Source: an uncultured delta proteobacterium (lineage in GTDB: Bacteria; Desulfobacterota; Binatia; UBA9968). From it: a stretch of 64,000 nucleotides of DNA. Made by a program: the position numbers and the translations under genes. Shown piece after piece: positions 10,813 through 20,809 of the stretch. The notes beneath the pieces are model-generated. The model did no database searches. It was not told the origin of the DNA and saw nothing but the letters and a program-made list of their open reading frames with translations. Location of the stretch: contig CAVYTU010000014.1 in the NCBI GenBank assembly GCA_963771465.1, positions 256,001-320,000 of the forward strand, given 5' to 3'. How positions within the stretch are numbered: the stretch's first letter is position 1; each line of letters opens with the position of its first letter.

Positions 10813-11553
10813 TTAACTCAGATCACCCCAAAGAAATTGCACCAACGAGAGCGTCGTTAGGGCGGCAGTCTCAGCGCGAAGAATCCGGCGTCCCAATTGA
10901 ACCAATGCAAAGCCATGCGCCTGCGCCAATTCGGCTTCCGCCGCGCTAAAGCCGCCTTCGGGACCGATCACGAGTGTTACCGCGGCAGCTTTCCGATGGC
11001 TTTCGTACACGGCAGCTAACGATCGCTCGGTTTCCTTCTCCCAAAATAATAGTTTGACGGCTTCGTCCGATGGCCGCTTGACTACTTCTTGAAAGGTGCA
11101 AAGCGGCAAGACTTCCGGCACTATCGTGCGCCCGCATTGCTTGGCCGCGCTGAGCGCGATCTTGCGCCAGCGTTCGGTGCGTGTAGCAATCCGTCGCTCA
11201 TCGAGTTTCGGTACCGCGTAAGTCGACGTGAACGGAAGGATCGTTTGGGCGCCGAGCTCCGTCGCTTTCTCCACGACAAAATCGAACTTATCTCCCTTGG
11301 TCAATCCAGCCGCGAGAGTAATTTGCAGAGGCGACTCGCGACGGGCCTGGGAAGAACTGAGAATTTCGATTTCACCTTGCGCCGTGGCGAGCGAACGGAT
11401 CACCGCTTCATGCTCCCAACCGGTGTCGTCGAAAACCGTGATGGGATCGCCAGGCTTCAGACGCAAGACTTTGCGCAGATGCTCCAACTCTTGACCGTCA
11501 ATCGTGCCGCGCTTATCGCGAATCTGTTTGCTCGGTAGAAAAAAACGCGCCAT
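10813..11553 (-). CDS. rsmE: 16S rRNA m3U1498 methyltransferase
   Basis: HLRKVLRL, VEKATELG, IGPEGGFS and LGRRILRAETA. Confidence 0.96.
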   Translation of the reverse strand: MARFFLPSKQIRDKRGTIDGQELEHLRKVLRLKPGDPITVFDDTGWEHEAVIRSLATAQGEIEILSSSQARRESPLQITLAAGLTKGDKFDFVVEKATELGAQTILPFTSTYAVPKLDERRIATRTERWRKIALSAAKQCGRTIVPEVLPLCTFQEVVKRPSDEAVKLLFWEKETERSLAAVYESHRKAAAVTLVIGPEGGFSAAEAELAQAHGFALVQLGRRILRAETAALTTLSLVQFLWGDLS

Positions 11554-11558
11554 GGCTG

Positions 11559-12423
11559 CTATTTTCTTTGCAGCAGTAAGGTCGTCCACTCGCGACCGCG
11601 CTTTTGCCGGACGACTCGGAACTTCGTCCGAAAACAGCGGCGAATCAATTCGGCCTTTTGTGACACAATTCCCGAAAGAATGAGAAAGCCTTTCGCTTCA
11701 ACTCTTTTTTCCATCGTGATGGCAAGCTCGACGATCGTCTCGGCGGTCAAGTTGGCGACCACTACGGGAAAACCTTCTCCTGATGCTCCCCAGCTTAACA
11801 CCTGATAAATGAACTTTGTCCACCGTACCGTTGGCCCGCAAGTTTTCCCGCGCAACTTCGAGGGCCACCGGATCGTTGTCGATGGCCCAAACCGGCTTGG
11901 CGCCCAATTTGACTAGCACGATGGCGAGAATGCCGGCGCCGGTGCCGACATCGAGCGCCGTGAAGCGACGACCGCTAAGCGAATCGGCGACTTGCTCGAT
12001 AAATTCCATGCAGCCGCGCGTCGTCGCGTGGGTGCCGGTGCCAAAAGCCAAGCCGGGTTCGATGGTGATGACTTGGCGCGAGCGAAATTTTGGCGGCGTC
12101 AGCCACGGTGGTGTCACCCAAAAAGATTGGCCAACGCGGCGCGGTTTGATGAAGCGGCGCCAGGAGTCATGCCAGTTTTCACCAACGATGACTCGCCACT
12201 TAAGCGATCTGGCGCCCCGGGGATTAAGAATTTCACCGTCGTTCAAAAATCGAACGACTCTCTGCTTGAGCGCGGTATCGCCACGCGAACGGGGAAAGTA
12301 CGCTTCCAATCCGTGCCGCTTCAGGACGACGCCGGGCGCACCCTGCTCCATGAGAAAATTCGCCACGGCGTCAAGTTTCGCCGCGCCGATTTCGAGCGAT
12401 AGATGAAGCCAAGATTCTTGCAC
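11559..12423 (-). CDS. prmA: Ribosomal protein L11 methyltransferase, frameshift near 11770 (probable sequencing error)
   Basis: EPGLAFGTGTHATT and LDVGTGAGILA; C-terminus VVANL..LILSGI..EWTTL lies in a second frame. Confidence 0.92.
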
Positions 12424-12541
12424 AAGGTTTTATGCCACAGCCATACCAAGTGATCAATTGTGTCGGTGATTTTGCCCCGCCGTCTTGTCAAAATCGCCGC
12501 TTCCAGATATTGAAAATGAACGCAGATAAAAGGAGTCATGC

Positions 12542-13414
12542 ATGAAACTCGCCACCACGAAATCCGACGGCGTCGCGATTGTGAACAATGACCTGCTGAT
12601 CCCCATCGGCGACATCATGCCGAAGGGTTCGACGATGATCGATCTGATCGAGCAATACGACGGTGTTAAAGATCGATTGAAGGCTCTCGCCGCGACCGGC
12701 AAGGGCATAAAGCTCGACGCCAAGCTGCTCAAGCCGCCGGTGGAGCGGCCGTCGAAGATCTACGCCGCCGCCGGCAATTACCAACGTGGTACCGGCGGCC
12801 TAGACGCCGGTCGTGGCCGTGGCAGCGCTTCGACGGTCTCCCCGGACGAGTTATTGGAGAACATTTTCTTGAAACCACCGTCGGCGATCGCCGGACCGGA
12901 AGATAATATCGTCATTCCTAGGAACGCCGAGTCGATCTTTCCCGAGCTCGAGCTTTGCGTGGTCATCGGCAAAAAGGCGCGCCACTTGAGTAAAGCCCAA
13001 GCCATGGACGTGGTATTTGGCTACACCATCATGCAAGACGTTACGGCGCGCGGCTTCGGCAAGAGCAAGAACATGGGCGGCACCCGCAGTGTGCGCAAGG
13101 GCTTTGAAACCTTCGCCCCCATTGGACCCTGGATCACCACCGCCGATGAGATTCGTGAGCCGCATAACCTTTGGATGAAACTGTGGATCAACGGCGAGCT
13201 GGCGCAATCGGCCAAGACCGATGCCATGATCAACGACATTCCGACGCAGATCAGCTTCCTATCCTCCGTGACAACGCTCTACCCGGGCGACCTGCTCACC
13301 ACCGGCAATCCCGATTCGCCCGAGTTCCAGGCCAAACTCAAACCCGGCGACGTGCTCAAATCCGAGATCGAAGGTATTGGCGCCATGAACCAAGGTGTGG
13401 CCAAAGAAAGCTAA
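12542..13414 (+). CDS. Fumarylacetoacetate hydrolase family protein
   Basis: FLKPPS, ELELCVVIG, DVTAR and PIGPWI. Confidence 0.92.
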   Translation: MKLATTKSDGVAIVNNDLLIPIGDIMPKGSTMIDLIEQYDGVKDRLKALAATGKGIKLDAKLLKPPVERPSKIYAAAGNYQRGTGGLDAGRGRGSASTVSPDELLENIFLKPPSAIAGPEDNIVIPRNAESIFPELELCVVIGKKARHLSKAQAMDVVFGYTIMQDVTARGFGKSKNMGGTRSVRKGFETFAPIGPWITTADEIREPHNLWMKLWINGELAQSAKTDAMINDIPTQISFLSSVTTLYPGDLLTTGNPDSPEFQAKLKPGDVLKSEIEGIGAMNQGVAKES

Positions 13415-13424
13415 TTGAAAAATC

Positions 13425-14753
13425 ATGATACGCATCGCGCCCTTTCGCGGGATTTTTTACAATCAGAAAAAGTTTCGCGACTTGAGCAAAGTCATCGCGC
13501 CGCCCTACGATGTCATCTCGAAAGACGAACAGGAAAAGCTGTATAAAAAATCGCCGCATAATTTCGTCCGCTTGGATCTGAGCCAGGAGCCGGATTCTTA
13601 TTCCGCCGTCGCCGCATTGCTCGATGAATGGCAAAGCCAGGGTATTTTGGAACGCGATGAAAGGCCGGCGCTTTACTTTTTGTCACACCGGTTCAAGCTC
13701 AAATCCGGCGAGCAGAAGCTGCGCAATGGTTTTTTCGCCCTCGTCGAACTGCAAGATCCGGCCACCGGCGACATCCGGCCCCATGAGAAAACCCTCGACG
13801 CGCCCAAAGAAGACCGTTTGAAACTGATGCTCGCTTGCCACGCCCAGCTGAGCCCCATCTTCGCGCTCTACGCTGATCCGAAGCAAAGCATCAACCGCAT
13901 GCTCGCCGTCGCCCTCGAAGGCGTGGCGCCGTTTGTCGAGGTCCAGCTGGATAGCGATGACGAATGCAAGCTTTGGCGTATCACCGACCCGGCAGTGATC
14001 GAAAAAGTGCAGCGGGAGATGAGAGAACAAACCTTGCTCATCGCCGACGGCCATCACCGCTATGAAGCGACGCTAAGATACCGCGATCAGTTGCGCAGCG
14101 AGCGCGGTCAGTTTACCGGCAGCGAAGCGTTTAACTACATCATGACCTACTGCGCCAACATGAACGATGACAACGTGGTGATCTTGCCGACGCACCGTCT
14201 GGTGCGTGGCTTCACCCACAAGCCGTTCTTAGAGTTAGAAGAAGCGCTGCAAACCTACTTTTACGTTGAGCAACATCCCAAGACGCCGGAAGGCAAGGTG
14301 TCATTCTTAAAAGCACTCAAAACCGCCGCCAAGAAACATCGGGTCATCGGCGCCAGCTTCAAGCGCGACCCGCGCTATCTGATCCTGCGGCTGAAAAACA
14401 AGCGCAGCATGCAGCGCTTAGCCAAAGACTTGAGCGCGCCGCTCAGAGAACTCGACGTCAGCACGCTGCATTTGCTGATACTGGAACATATTCTCGCCAT
14501 GTCGCCCGAGCAGCAAGTCAGCGGCGAAACCATCCGCTACTCCCAAGACGAAGAGGCCGTGCTGCAATCTTTAGAAAAAGAAGATTTTCAAGCCGCCTTT
14601 ATTCTGGCGGCGACCAAGAAGGAAGAGATTCAGACCATCGTCGCCGCCGGCGAGAAGATGCCGCAAAAGTCGACCTACTTCTATCCCAAGCTAAGCTCAG
14701 GACTGATCGTCAACAAGATCGATCCGGATGAACAGATAGAGTCTAACCGATAG
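13425..14753 (+). CDS. DUF1015 family protein
   Basis: PPYDVI, PHEKT, IADGHHRY and MPQKSTYFYPK. Confidence 0.93.
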   Translation: MIRIAPFRGIFYNQKKFRDLSKVIAPPYDVISKDEQEKLYKKSPHNFVRLDLSQEPDSYSAVAALLDEWQSQGILERDERPALYFLSHRFKLKSGEQKLRNGFFALVELQDPATGDIRPHEKTLDAPKEDRLKLMLACHAQLSPIFALYADPKQSINRMLAVALEGVAPFVEVQLDSDDECKLWRITDPAVIEKVQREMREQTLLIADGHHRYEATLRYRDQLRSERGQFTGSEAFNYIMTYCANMNDDNVVILPTHRLVRGFTHKPFLELEEALQTYFYVEQHPKTPEGKVSFLKALKTAAKKHRVIGASFKRDPRYLILRLKNKRSMQRLAKDLSAPLRELDVSTLHLLILEHILAMSPEQQVSGETIRYSQDEEAVLQSLEKEDFQAAFILAATKKEEIQTIVAAGEKMPQKSTYFYPKLSSGLIVNKIDPDEQIESNR

Positions 14754-14843
14754 TAAAGAGCGCTCGGTGAGAAATTGATTTGAAAGAGAGCGAAGCTCGT
14801 CACAAACGACGAACTGCTTCCTAATGGCAATCTCAACTCGAAT

Positions 14844-16226
14844 TTATCCCAGCGGTTTCACCAACTGTCCGTCCCCTGGCTTGCCGACGATCTTGCCGTC
14901 TTGCATCACCGTCTTGCCGCGAAGGATTGTGCGGATCGGCACGCCTTTGACCTTGCGGCCGTTGTACGGCGTCCAGCCGACTTTGGTGTAAGTCGTCTCG
15001 TTGGAAATTATCTCTTCCTTGTTCATGTCGACGATCACCATGTCGGCATCCGAGCCCGGCAGAATCACACCTTTCTTCGGATAGATGTTAAAAACTTTGG
15101 CCGGGTTGTACGAGGAAATTCGCACCAAGCGGTCGAGCGACAGCTTGCCTTCGTTCACCGCGTCGAGAAAAAGACTCAAATAGTCTTGAATCTGCGGCTC
15201 GCCGCCGGGACAACTCCACATATCGGCCCAGCCGCGATCTTTCTCTTCTTTCGTATGCGGCGCGTGATCGGTGCCGATCATATCGATGGTGCCGTCGTTG
15301 ATCGCTTCCCAGAGTCCGTTGACATGCGCCGGCGGCACCCAAAAGCCCAAGCAATAGGGTCCCAGCTTCTCGACATTTTCCCATGTTCCCAAAAACATCG
15401 CCCAGGGATTGACCTCGCAGCTGCACGGCCGCCCTTCATCCTTGGCGCGGCGCAGCATTGCGATACCTTCCGGCGTCGTCATGTGGAGAATATGCAGTCG
15501 GGCGCCGAGCGCTTTTTGCATGCGAAACAGTGTCGCCATCGCGGTGTCCCAGATGATGCCATCATAGTCGCGATAGGCTTTGGCGTAAGCTTGCGGGCTG
15601 CGGTCTTCGCGTTTCCAATAGCGCCCTTCGATCTCGTCCATCAAATCTTGATCGTGCGGATGAACCATCAAAGGCAGGCCGGTGCTGCCCACGGTCTCAA
15701 AACATTTGAACAACTCGCCGTTATTGTTGATGCCGATGCCGGGCATATGCGGATAATCGCGACCGGTGTCTTTAACCATGAAGATCTTGAATGCCAACGG
15801 CCCTTCTTTAGCCAGCCCAGGAATTTCTTCCGGCACCGTGCCGGATGGATTGTGATTGAAGTCGACGATGGCGTTCTTGCTGTGATGTTCGATGAGCGCG
15901 CGATAACGCTCCACCGTTGTCGTCGGCGGATTGACGTTGGGCATGCCGATGGAAGTCGTTACACCGCCGGCCGCCGCGGCCATGGTCGCCGTCGTAATAT
16001 CCTCTTTGTAAGTGAAGCCGGGATCGCGGTGATGGGTGTGGGTATCGATCAGGCCGGGAATAATTTTTTTGCCCTTCGCGTCGATGACCGTATCGGCGCT
16101 CTCCGGCAGCACCGGCGGCTTACCGAGCGCGACAATCTTGCCATCGCTTACCGCGATATCGGCGTCGATGAATCCTCCAGGCGTCCAAACCTCACCGTTT
16201 TTCACCACCAGATCGATCTTGGCCAT
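14844..16226 (-). CDS. Dihydroorotase/allantoinase-like amidohydrolase
   Basis: PGLIDTHTHHRDPG, MPNVNP and GTDHAPH. Confidence 0.9.
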   Translation of the reverse strand: MAKIDLVVKNGEVWTPGGFIDADIAVSDGKIVALGKPPVLPESADTVIDAKGKKIIPGLIDTHTHHRDPGFTYKEDITTATMAAAAGGVTTSIGMPNVNPPTTTVERYRALIEHHSKNAIVDFNHNPSGTVPEEIPGLAKEGPLAFKIFMVKDTGRDYPHMPGIGINNNGELFKCFETVGSTGLPLMVHPHDQDLMDEIEGRYWKREDRSPQAYAKAYRDYDGIIWDTAMATLFRMQKALGARLHILHMTTPEGIAMLRRAKDEGRPCSCEVNPWAMFLGTWENVEKLGPYCLGFWVPPAHVNGLWEAINDGTIDMIGTDHAPHTKEEKDRGWADMWSCPGGEPQIQDYLSLFLDAVNEGKLSLDRLVRISSYNPAKVFNIYPKKGVILPGSDADMVIVDMNKEEIISNETTYTKVGWTPYNGRKVKGVPIRTILRGKTVMQDGKIVGKPGDGQLVKPLG

Positions 16227-16262
16227 GAGTTCACCCTCTTCCTGCACAAATAATGAAAATCT

Positions 16263-16291
16263 TTTATATGATCCGTGCTTATAAGAGTCAA
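16263..16291 (-). promoter_or_regulatory. Sigma70 promoter of the amidohydrolase gene
   Basis: TTGACT-N17-TATAAA on the minus strand. Confidence 0.65.
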
Positions 16292-16413
16292 ATCAGCTCT
16301 CGGAAGTGCGCCGTATCGACGTCAAACTTAGCTTGACTCACCAGATGAAATCTGAAAACATCGCTCCGCTCCAGCCCACGACCGAATCAACAGACCCGAG
16401 GAGAACGCCGCAA

Positions 16414-17421
16414 ATGCTTAGCAAAACTGCTCTGTGTCTAACGTTCATAGTGTGTCTGTCCAATGCCAGCGCGCTCTACGCGCAAAGCGCGCAGCTCATC
16501 GAAGCGGCAAAGAAGGAAGGCAAAGCGGTCATCTACGGTTCGCTCGAATCCGATACCATGGACGCCATCCTCCAAGGCTTTAGGAAAAAGACCGGCATCG
16601 AAGCCGAGTACTGGCGCGCGTCGGCAACCAAAGTAATGGACCGCGCCATGACCGAGTTTCGCGCCGGCAAAACCGGCGCCGATGCCGTTGTCGCCGCCGA
16701 TAACGTCATGCGCTTGATGCAGACGGACGGCTACTTTCAGAAATACAATTCACCGACCAACAGCGATTTCCCCAAGGACGTCCTCGATCCAAACCTCGGG
16801 CCGCGCTACCGCAACGTCGTTGTCGGCGTGGTCTATAATAAATCGGCGCTGAAGCAGAACGAATATCCCAAATCGTTGGAAGATCTCGCCAAACCGCAGT
16901 ACAAAGGCAAAATCGTCATGCCCGACCCGACTCAACACACGACCACGACTCAGTGGTTGGCGAGTCTGTATAAGATCATGGGCAAGGAAAAGAGCGAAAA
17001 ATTCATGCGCGACCTCGCCGCCAACAAACCGACCTGGGTCGAGTCGCTTTTGCCCGCCGCGGAAAGAGTCGCCAGCGGCGAATTACCGATCGCCATCACT
17101 TACGTAAAGTATGCTTATATTCACGGCCAGAAAGGCGCGCCGGTGGATTATGTCAGAGACGCAAAATTGATCGGTGATGCCAGCTACATCACGCTGGCCA
17201 ATAAAGCGCCCCGCGTCAACGCCGGTAAAGCCTTCATCGACTACTTTCTCGACAACGAGAGCATGAACATGATGGCCAAACTGGGCGAGTTCGTGAATCG
17301 CAAAGGCATACTGCCGCCTTTGGCCGGCGCCGACAAGATCGGCTTTGTCGAGATGGACGATTTGAGCACCAAAGACTTCGCCGAGAAGAAAAAAGAATAC
17401 ACGCAGATATTCTTGCGCTAG
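16414..17421 (+). CDS. Iron/thiamine-type ABC substrate-binding protein
   Basis: Signal peptide and LIEAAKKEG; RBS GAGGAG upstream. Confidence 0.88.
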   Translation: MLSKTALCLTFIVCLSNASALYAQSAQLIEAAKKEGKAVIYGSLESDTMDAILQGFRKKTGIEAEYWRASATKVMDRAMTEFRAGKTGADAVVAADNVMRLMQTDGYFQKYNSPTNSDFPKDVLDPNLGPRYRNVVVGVVYNKSALKQNEYPKSLEDLAKPQYKGKIVMPDPTQHTTTTQWLASLYKIMGKEKSEKFMRDLAANKPTWVESLLPAAERVASGELPIAITYVKYAYIHGQKGAPVDYVRDAKLIGDASYITLANKAPRVNAGKAFIDYFLDNESMNMMAKLGEFVNRKGILPPLAGADKIGFVEMDDLSTKDFAEKKKEYTQIFLR

Positions 17422-17433
17422 CGGGATCGACTG

Positions 17434-19191
17434 GTGTCCACGCGCGAAACTACGCTAACCGTTCAGCCGCCGCTGATTTCGGCGTGGAGCCGCTCGCGGA
17501 TCGGCGCGTTCTTGAGCCAGCCCATCAGTTGGGTATTTTTAGTCGTCGGCAGCATCATCGCTTTTCTCAGCCTCTATCCAACCTATTTTCTTTTTTATGG
17601 CAGCCTGACCGACGCGCCGCTCGGCGTGCCGGGAAAGTTTACCCTCGATAATTATGTCAAAGCGTACAGCGATCCCGAAGCCTACTCGCTGATGCTGAAT
17701 TCGTTCATCTTCGGCATCGGCGCCTCCGGTCTCTCGGTATTCTTTGCCCTGGCGCTCGCTTGGATTACCATCCGCACCGACGCGCCGTTTCGCCGGCTGT
17801 TCGAGCTAACCGCGATCATACCCAATATATTGCCACCGATATTGGTGTCGATCTCCTGGGTGATGCTGCTCAATCCGAGCAACGGATTGATCAATGGGCT
17901 GTTCGTGAAACTGTTCGGCATGGAAAAAGGACCGTTCAATATTTACTCGATGGCCGGTCTGATTTTCGTCGAAGCGCTGATCCTAACGCCGCTGGCGTTT
18001 TTGATCGTCGCCGCGGCGCTAAAAAGCATGGACCCATCCCTCGAAGAATCGGCCAAGACGCTCGGCTCGGGGGAATTTGGCGTCATGCGCCGCATCACGT
18101 TTCCCCTAATTCGGCCGGCGATCCTCGCTGCCGGGACTTTGAATTTCGTCCGCGCCGTGGAGAGCTTCGATACGCCGGCAATCATCGCCTTACCCGCGCG
18201 CATCGAAGTCTTCACTACCAAAATTTGGCGCGAAGCCTTGGGCTCCTTCCCAACCAATCACAATCTCGCCGCCGCCTACGGCGTCGGCATCCTCGCAGTC
18301 GCGTTGGTTTTCGTTTACCTCTATCGTCGTTTCACCTCTCAGGTGGAGATGTTTTCCACAGTCACGGGCAAGGGATTTCGGCCGCACCAAATCGAGCTCG
18401 GTCCATGGCGCTACGCCGCTTCGGGGGCGGCATTTTTTTTACTGATTCTGTTGGTCGTGTTACCCATCCTAGTGCTCTCCTTGGTGGCGATACTTCCCTA
18501 TTACCACGTGCCCACTTGGCAAACCTGGCAGAACTTAACCACCTCGCATTTCCAGTATGTCTGGGCCACGCCGCGGGTGCACAAAGCATTTATCAATAGT
18601 CTGATTCTCGCTCTCGTCGGCGCTACCGCTTGCATGACGCTGGCGTCACTAGCGTCGTACATTACGGTCAGAACCAAGCTCGCCGGTCGCGGCATCATCG
18701 AAGGGCTCGTGTTCATCCCATGGGCGTTTCCCGGCACCGCGATGGCGCTCGGACTCCTGTGGGCCTACGTTGATTTTCCGATTCCCGTGTACGCCACGAT
18801 CTGGATTATACTCATCGCCTACGTCACGCGATTTTTACCCTATGGTTTGCGCGCGGTCAGCAGCACGATCATTCAAGTGCACAAAGAGCTGGAAGAAGCC
18901 TCGATCGTCTGCGGCGCCGGCTTTGTGTCAACCTTTCGCCGCGTGTTGATTCCGATGATGCGTCCCGGTGTGATGGCGGGCTGGATTATTCTCGTGACCA
19001 TATTCATGCGCGAGTTCAGCGCGACATTGTTTCTGTACAGCCCCGGCGCCGAGCCGCTCGGCCCGCTGCTCTATTTTCTCTATCTCGACGGCATGCGCGG
19101 CCGGGTCGCCGCCATCGGCTTGGTCATATCGCTGATCTCGGTTATTTTAATCGCCATCGCGCAACGCTACTCGCGGTGGGATACCAAGTAA
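17434..19191 (+). CDS. ABC permease with two TM domains (FbpB-like)
   Basis: Two EAA-type loops (LEESAKTLG, LEEASIVCG). Confidence 0.92.
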   Translation: MSTRETTLTVQPPLISAWSRSRIGAFLSQPISWVFLVVGSIIAFLSLYPTYFLFYGSLTDAPLGVPGKFTLDNYVKAYSDPEAYSLMLNSFIFGIGASGLSVFFALALAWITIRTDAPFRRLFELTAIIPNILPPILVSISWVMLLNPSNGLINGLFVKLFGMEKGPFNIYSMAGLIFVEALILTPLAFLIVAAALKSMDPSLEESAKTLGSGEFGVMRRITFPLIRPAILAAGTLNFVRAVESFDTPAIIALPARIEVFTTKIWREALGSFPTNHNLAAAYGVGILAVALVFVYLYRRFTSQVEMFSTVTGKGFRPHQIELGPWRYAASGAAFFLLILLVVLPILVLSLVAILPYYHVPTWQTWQNLTTSHFQYVWATPRVHKAFINSLILALVGATACMTLASLASYITVRTKLAGRGIIEGLVFIPWAFPGTAMALGLLWAYVDFPIPVYATIWIILIAYVTRFLPYGLRAVSSTIIQVHKELEEASIVCGAGFVSTFRRVLIPMMRPGVMAGWIILVTIFMREFSATLFLYSPGAEPLGPLLYFLYLDGMRGRVAAIGLVISLISVILIAIAQRYSRWDTK

Positions 19192-19258
19192 ATTGAAAAT
19201 GGAGAATTGAAAATTGAGGATCGAATCGATGCTCAATCCTCGATCTTCTATCATCGAC
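19191..19258. repeat. Heptamer-periodic imperfect palindrome
   Basis: aattgaa-aatggag-aattgaa-aattgag-gatcgaa, then atcctcg-atcttct-atcatcg. Confidence 0.6.
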
Positions 19259-19283
19259 CTGAAGTAGAAAGGGAGGAATGTAA

Positions 19284-20276
19284 GTGGAAAAATTGTTTTT
19301 AACCGTCGCCTGCGGCGACTACGACCGAACCAAGCCTTTACAGGACGGCACGGTGGAGCCGGAAGGCATCAAACTAAACTACCTTGCGCTCCAATCAGAA
19401 GAAATATTTTGGCGCATGGGGCATTACCGAGAATTCGATGTGTCGGAAATGTCTCTTTCCAACCACATCACCATGCTCGGTCGAGGCGACTCCCACTTTG
19501 TCGGTATCCCGATATTCCCGTCGCGTTTCTTTCGCCATTCCTCCGTCTACTACAACGTCGATTCGGGAATCAAAAAACCCGAAGACTTCAAAGGAAAAAA
19601 AATCGGCACTCCGGAGTTTGCCATGACCGCGGCCGTGTGGATTCGCGGGTTTTTTAACGATGACTACGGCGTGAGAGCCCAGGATATGAAGTGGTTCCTC
19701 GGCGGACAGGAAGAGCCGGGGCGAAAAGAACGAGTCAAACTGGAACTGCCGCCGGAAATCAGCATTCAATCGATACCCGATGACCGGACACTCAACAGCA
19801 TGCTGGAGAGCGGCGAGATCGACGCGCTCATTTCGGCCCGCAGTCCCTCCTGTCTGGCCAACGGTTCGGGGAAAGTGCAACGCCTTTTTCCCAACTACAA
19901 GCAAGTGGAAATCGAGTATTACCAGCGCACCAAGATTTTTCCCATCATGCACATCCTAGTGATTCGCAAGGACGTCTATGAACGCCACCCCTGGATTGCC
20001 CGGAGTCTCTACAAGGCCTTTTGTGACGCCAAGAAGCGCGCCATCGATACCATGCATATTTCCAATGCCCACGCCTGCACTCTGCCGTGGCTGTCTTGGG
20101 AAAGAGAGCAACTCAGGGAAATCTTCGGTGCTGATTGGTGGCCCTATGGCATCGAGCCCAACCGCCATGTGCTCGAATCTTTAATCCGTTACATGGCAGA
20201 GCAAGGACTTTTGAAAAGGTCGCTCAAGGTTGAAGACGTATTTGCGCCGAGCTCCCTGGGAGAGTTTAAGCTCTAG
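19284..20276 (+). CDS. 4,5-dihydroxyphthalate decarboxylase-like protein
   Basis: ACGDYDRT, FDVSEMSLS, FPSRFFRHS, IFPIMH and WPYG. Confidence 0.85.
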   Translation: MEKLFLTVACGDYDRTKPLQDGTVEPEGIKLNYLALQSEEIFWRMGHYREFDVSEMSLSNHITMLGRGDSHFVGIPIFPSRFFRHSSVYYNVDSGIKKPEDFKGKKIGTPEFAMTAAVWIRGFFNDDYGVRAQDMKWFLGGQEEPGRKERVKLELPPEISIQSIPDDRTLNSMLESGEIDALISARSPSCLANGSGKVQRLFPNYKQVEIEYYQRTKIFPIMHILVIRKDVYERHPWIARSLYKAFCDAKKRAIDTMHISNAHACTLPWLSWEREQLREIFGADWWPYGIEPNRHVLESLIRYMAEQGLLKRSLKVEDVFAPSSLGEFKL

Positions 20277-20279
20277 CCG

Positions 20280-20369
20280 ACGATTGAGGATGGAAGATCG
20301 AGATACCAAGATTTCATTCCCGATTCGATCGTCCACATTCTATCCTCGATCCTCCATCCTCGGTTCTCG
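20280..20369. repeat. Heptamer-periodic imperfect palindrome (second copy)
   Basis: gattgag-gatggaa-gatcgag, then atcctcg-atcctcc-atcctcg-gttctcg. Confidence 0.6.
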
Positions 20370-20370
20370 C

Positions 20371-20793
20371 ATGCGCCTCACGCCTCATGCCGCTCGGCTA
20401 ATCCGTTCCGCTCGCGTCGCTCACCTGGCGAGCGCGGACAAGTCCGGCCAGCCGCACGTCATCCCGATCTGCTTCGTCTGCGACGGTAAGTATTTCTTCT
20501 CGCCCATCGACGAGAAACCGAAACGCGCCGCGCCGACCAAACTTAAACGACTGCAAAATATCCGCGAGAATCCGCAAGTCGCCCTCATCATCGATCGCTA
20601 CGACGAAGATTGGCGCAAGCTCGCCTATGTCCTTATATTCGGCAAAGCGCGGATTTTACAAAGCGGTGAAAAATACCGCCAAGCGGTAAAATTGCTGCGG
20701 CGAAAATATCCCCAGTATCGACGCATGGCCATCGATGCCCGTCCGATGATCGTCATCATGCCGAAGCGAGTAACAAACTGGGGCGCGCGGTGA
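20371..20793 (+). CDS. PPOX-class, probably F420-dependent oxidoreductase (TIGR03668-like)
   Basis: ARVAHLASAD..PHVIPICF..IDEKPK..RLQNIRENP..DRYDEDW. Confidence 0.85.
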   Translation: MRLTPHAARLIRSARVAHLASADKSGQPHVIPICFVCDGKYFFSPIDEKPKRAAPTKLKRLQNIRENPQVALIIDRYDEDWRKLAYVLIFGKARILQSGEKYRQAVKLLRRKYPQYRRMAIDARPMIVIMPKRVTNWGAR

Positions 20794-20809
20794 TCCCCGC
20801 CGAACAGGA

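Noticed and set aside
11559-12423. prmA as a true pseudogene
   Set aside because: There is a single indel beside homopolymer runs in an otherwise intact gene, which is probably an error.
14901-16253. 450-aa plus-strand ORF
   Set aside because: It is the antisense shadow of the amidohydrolase and has no motifs.
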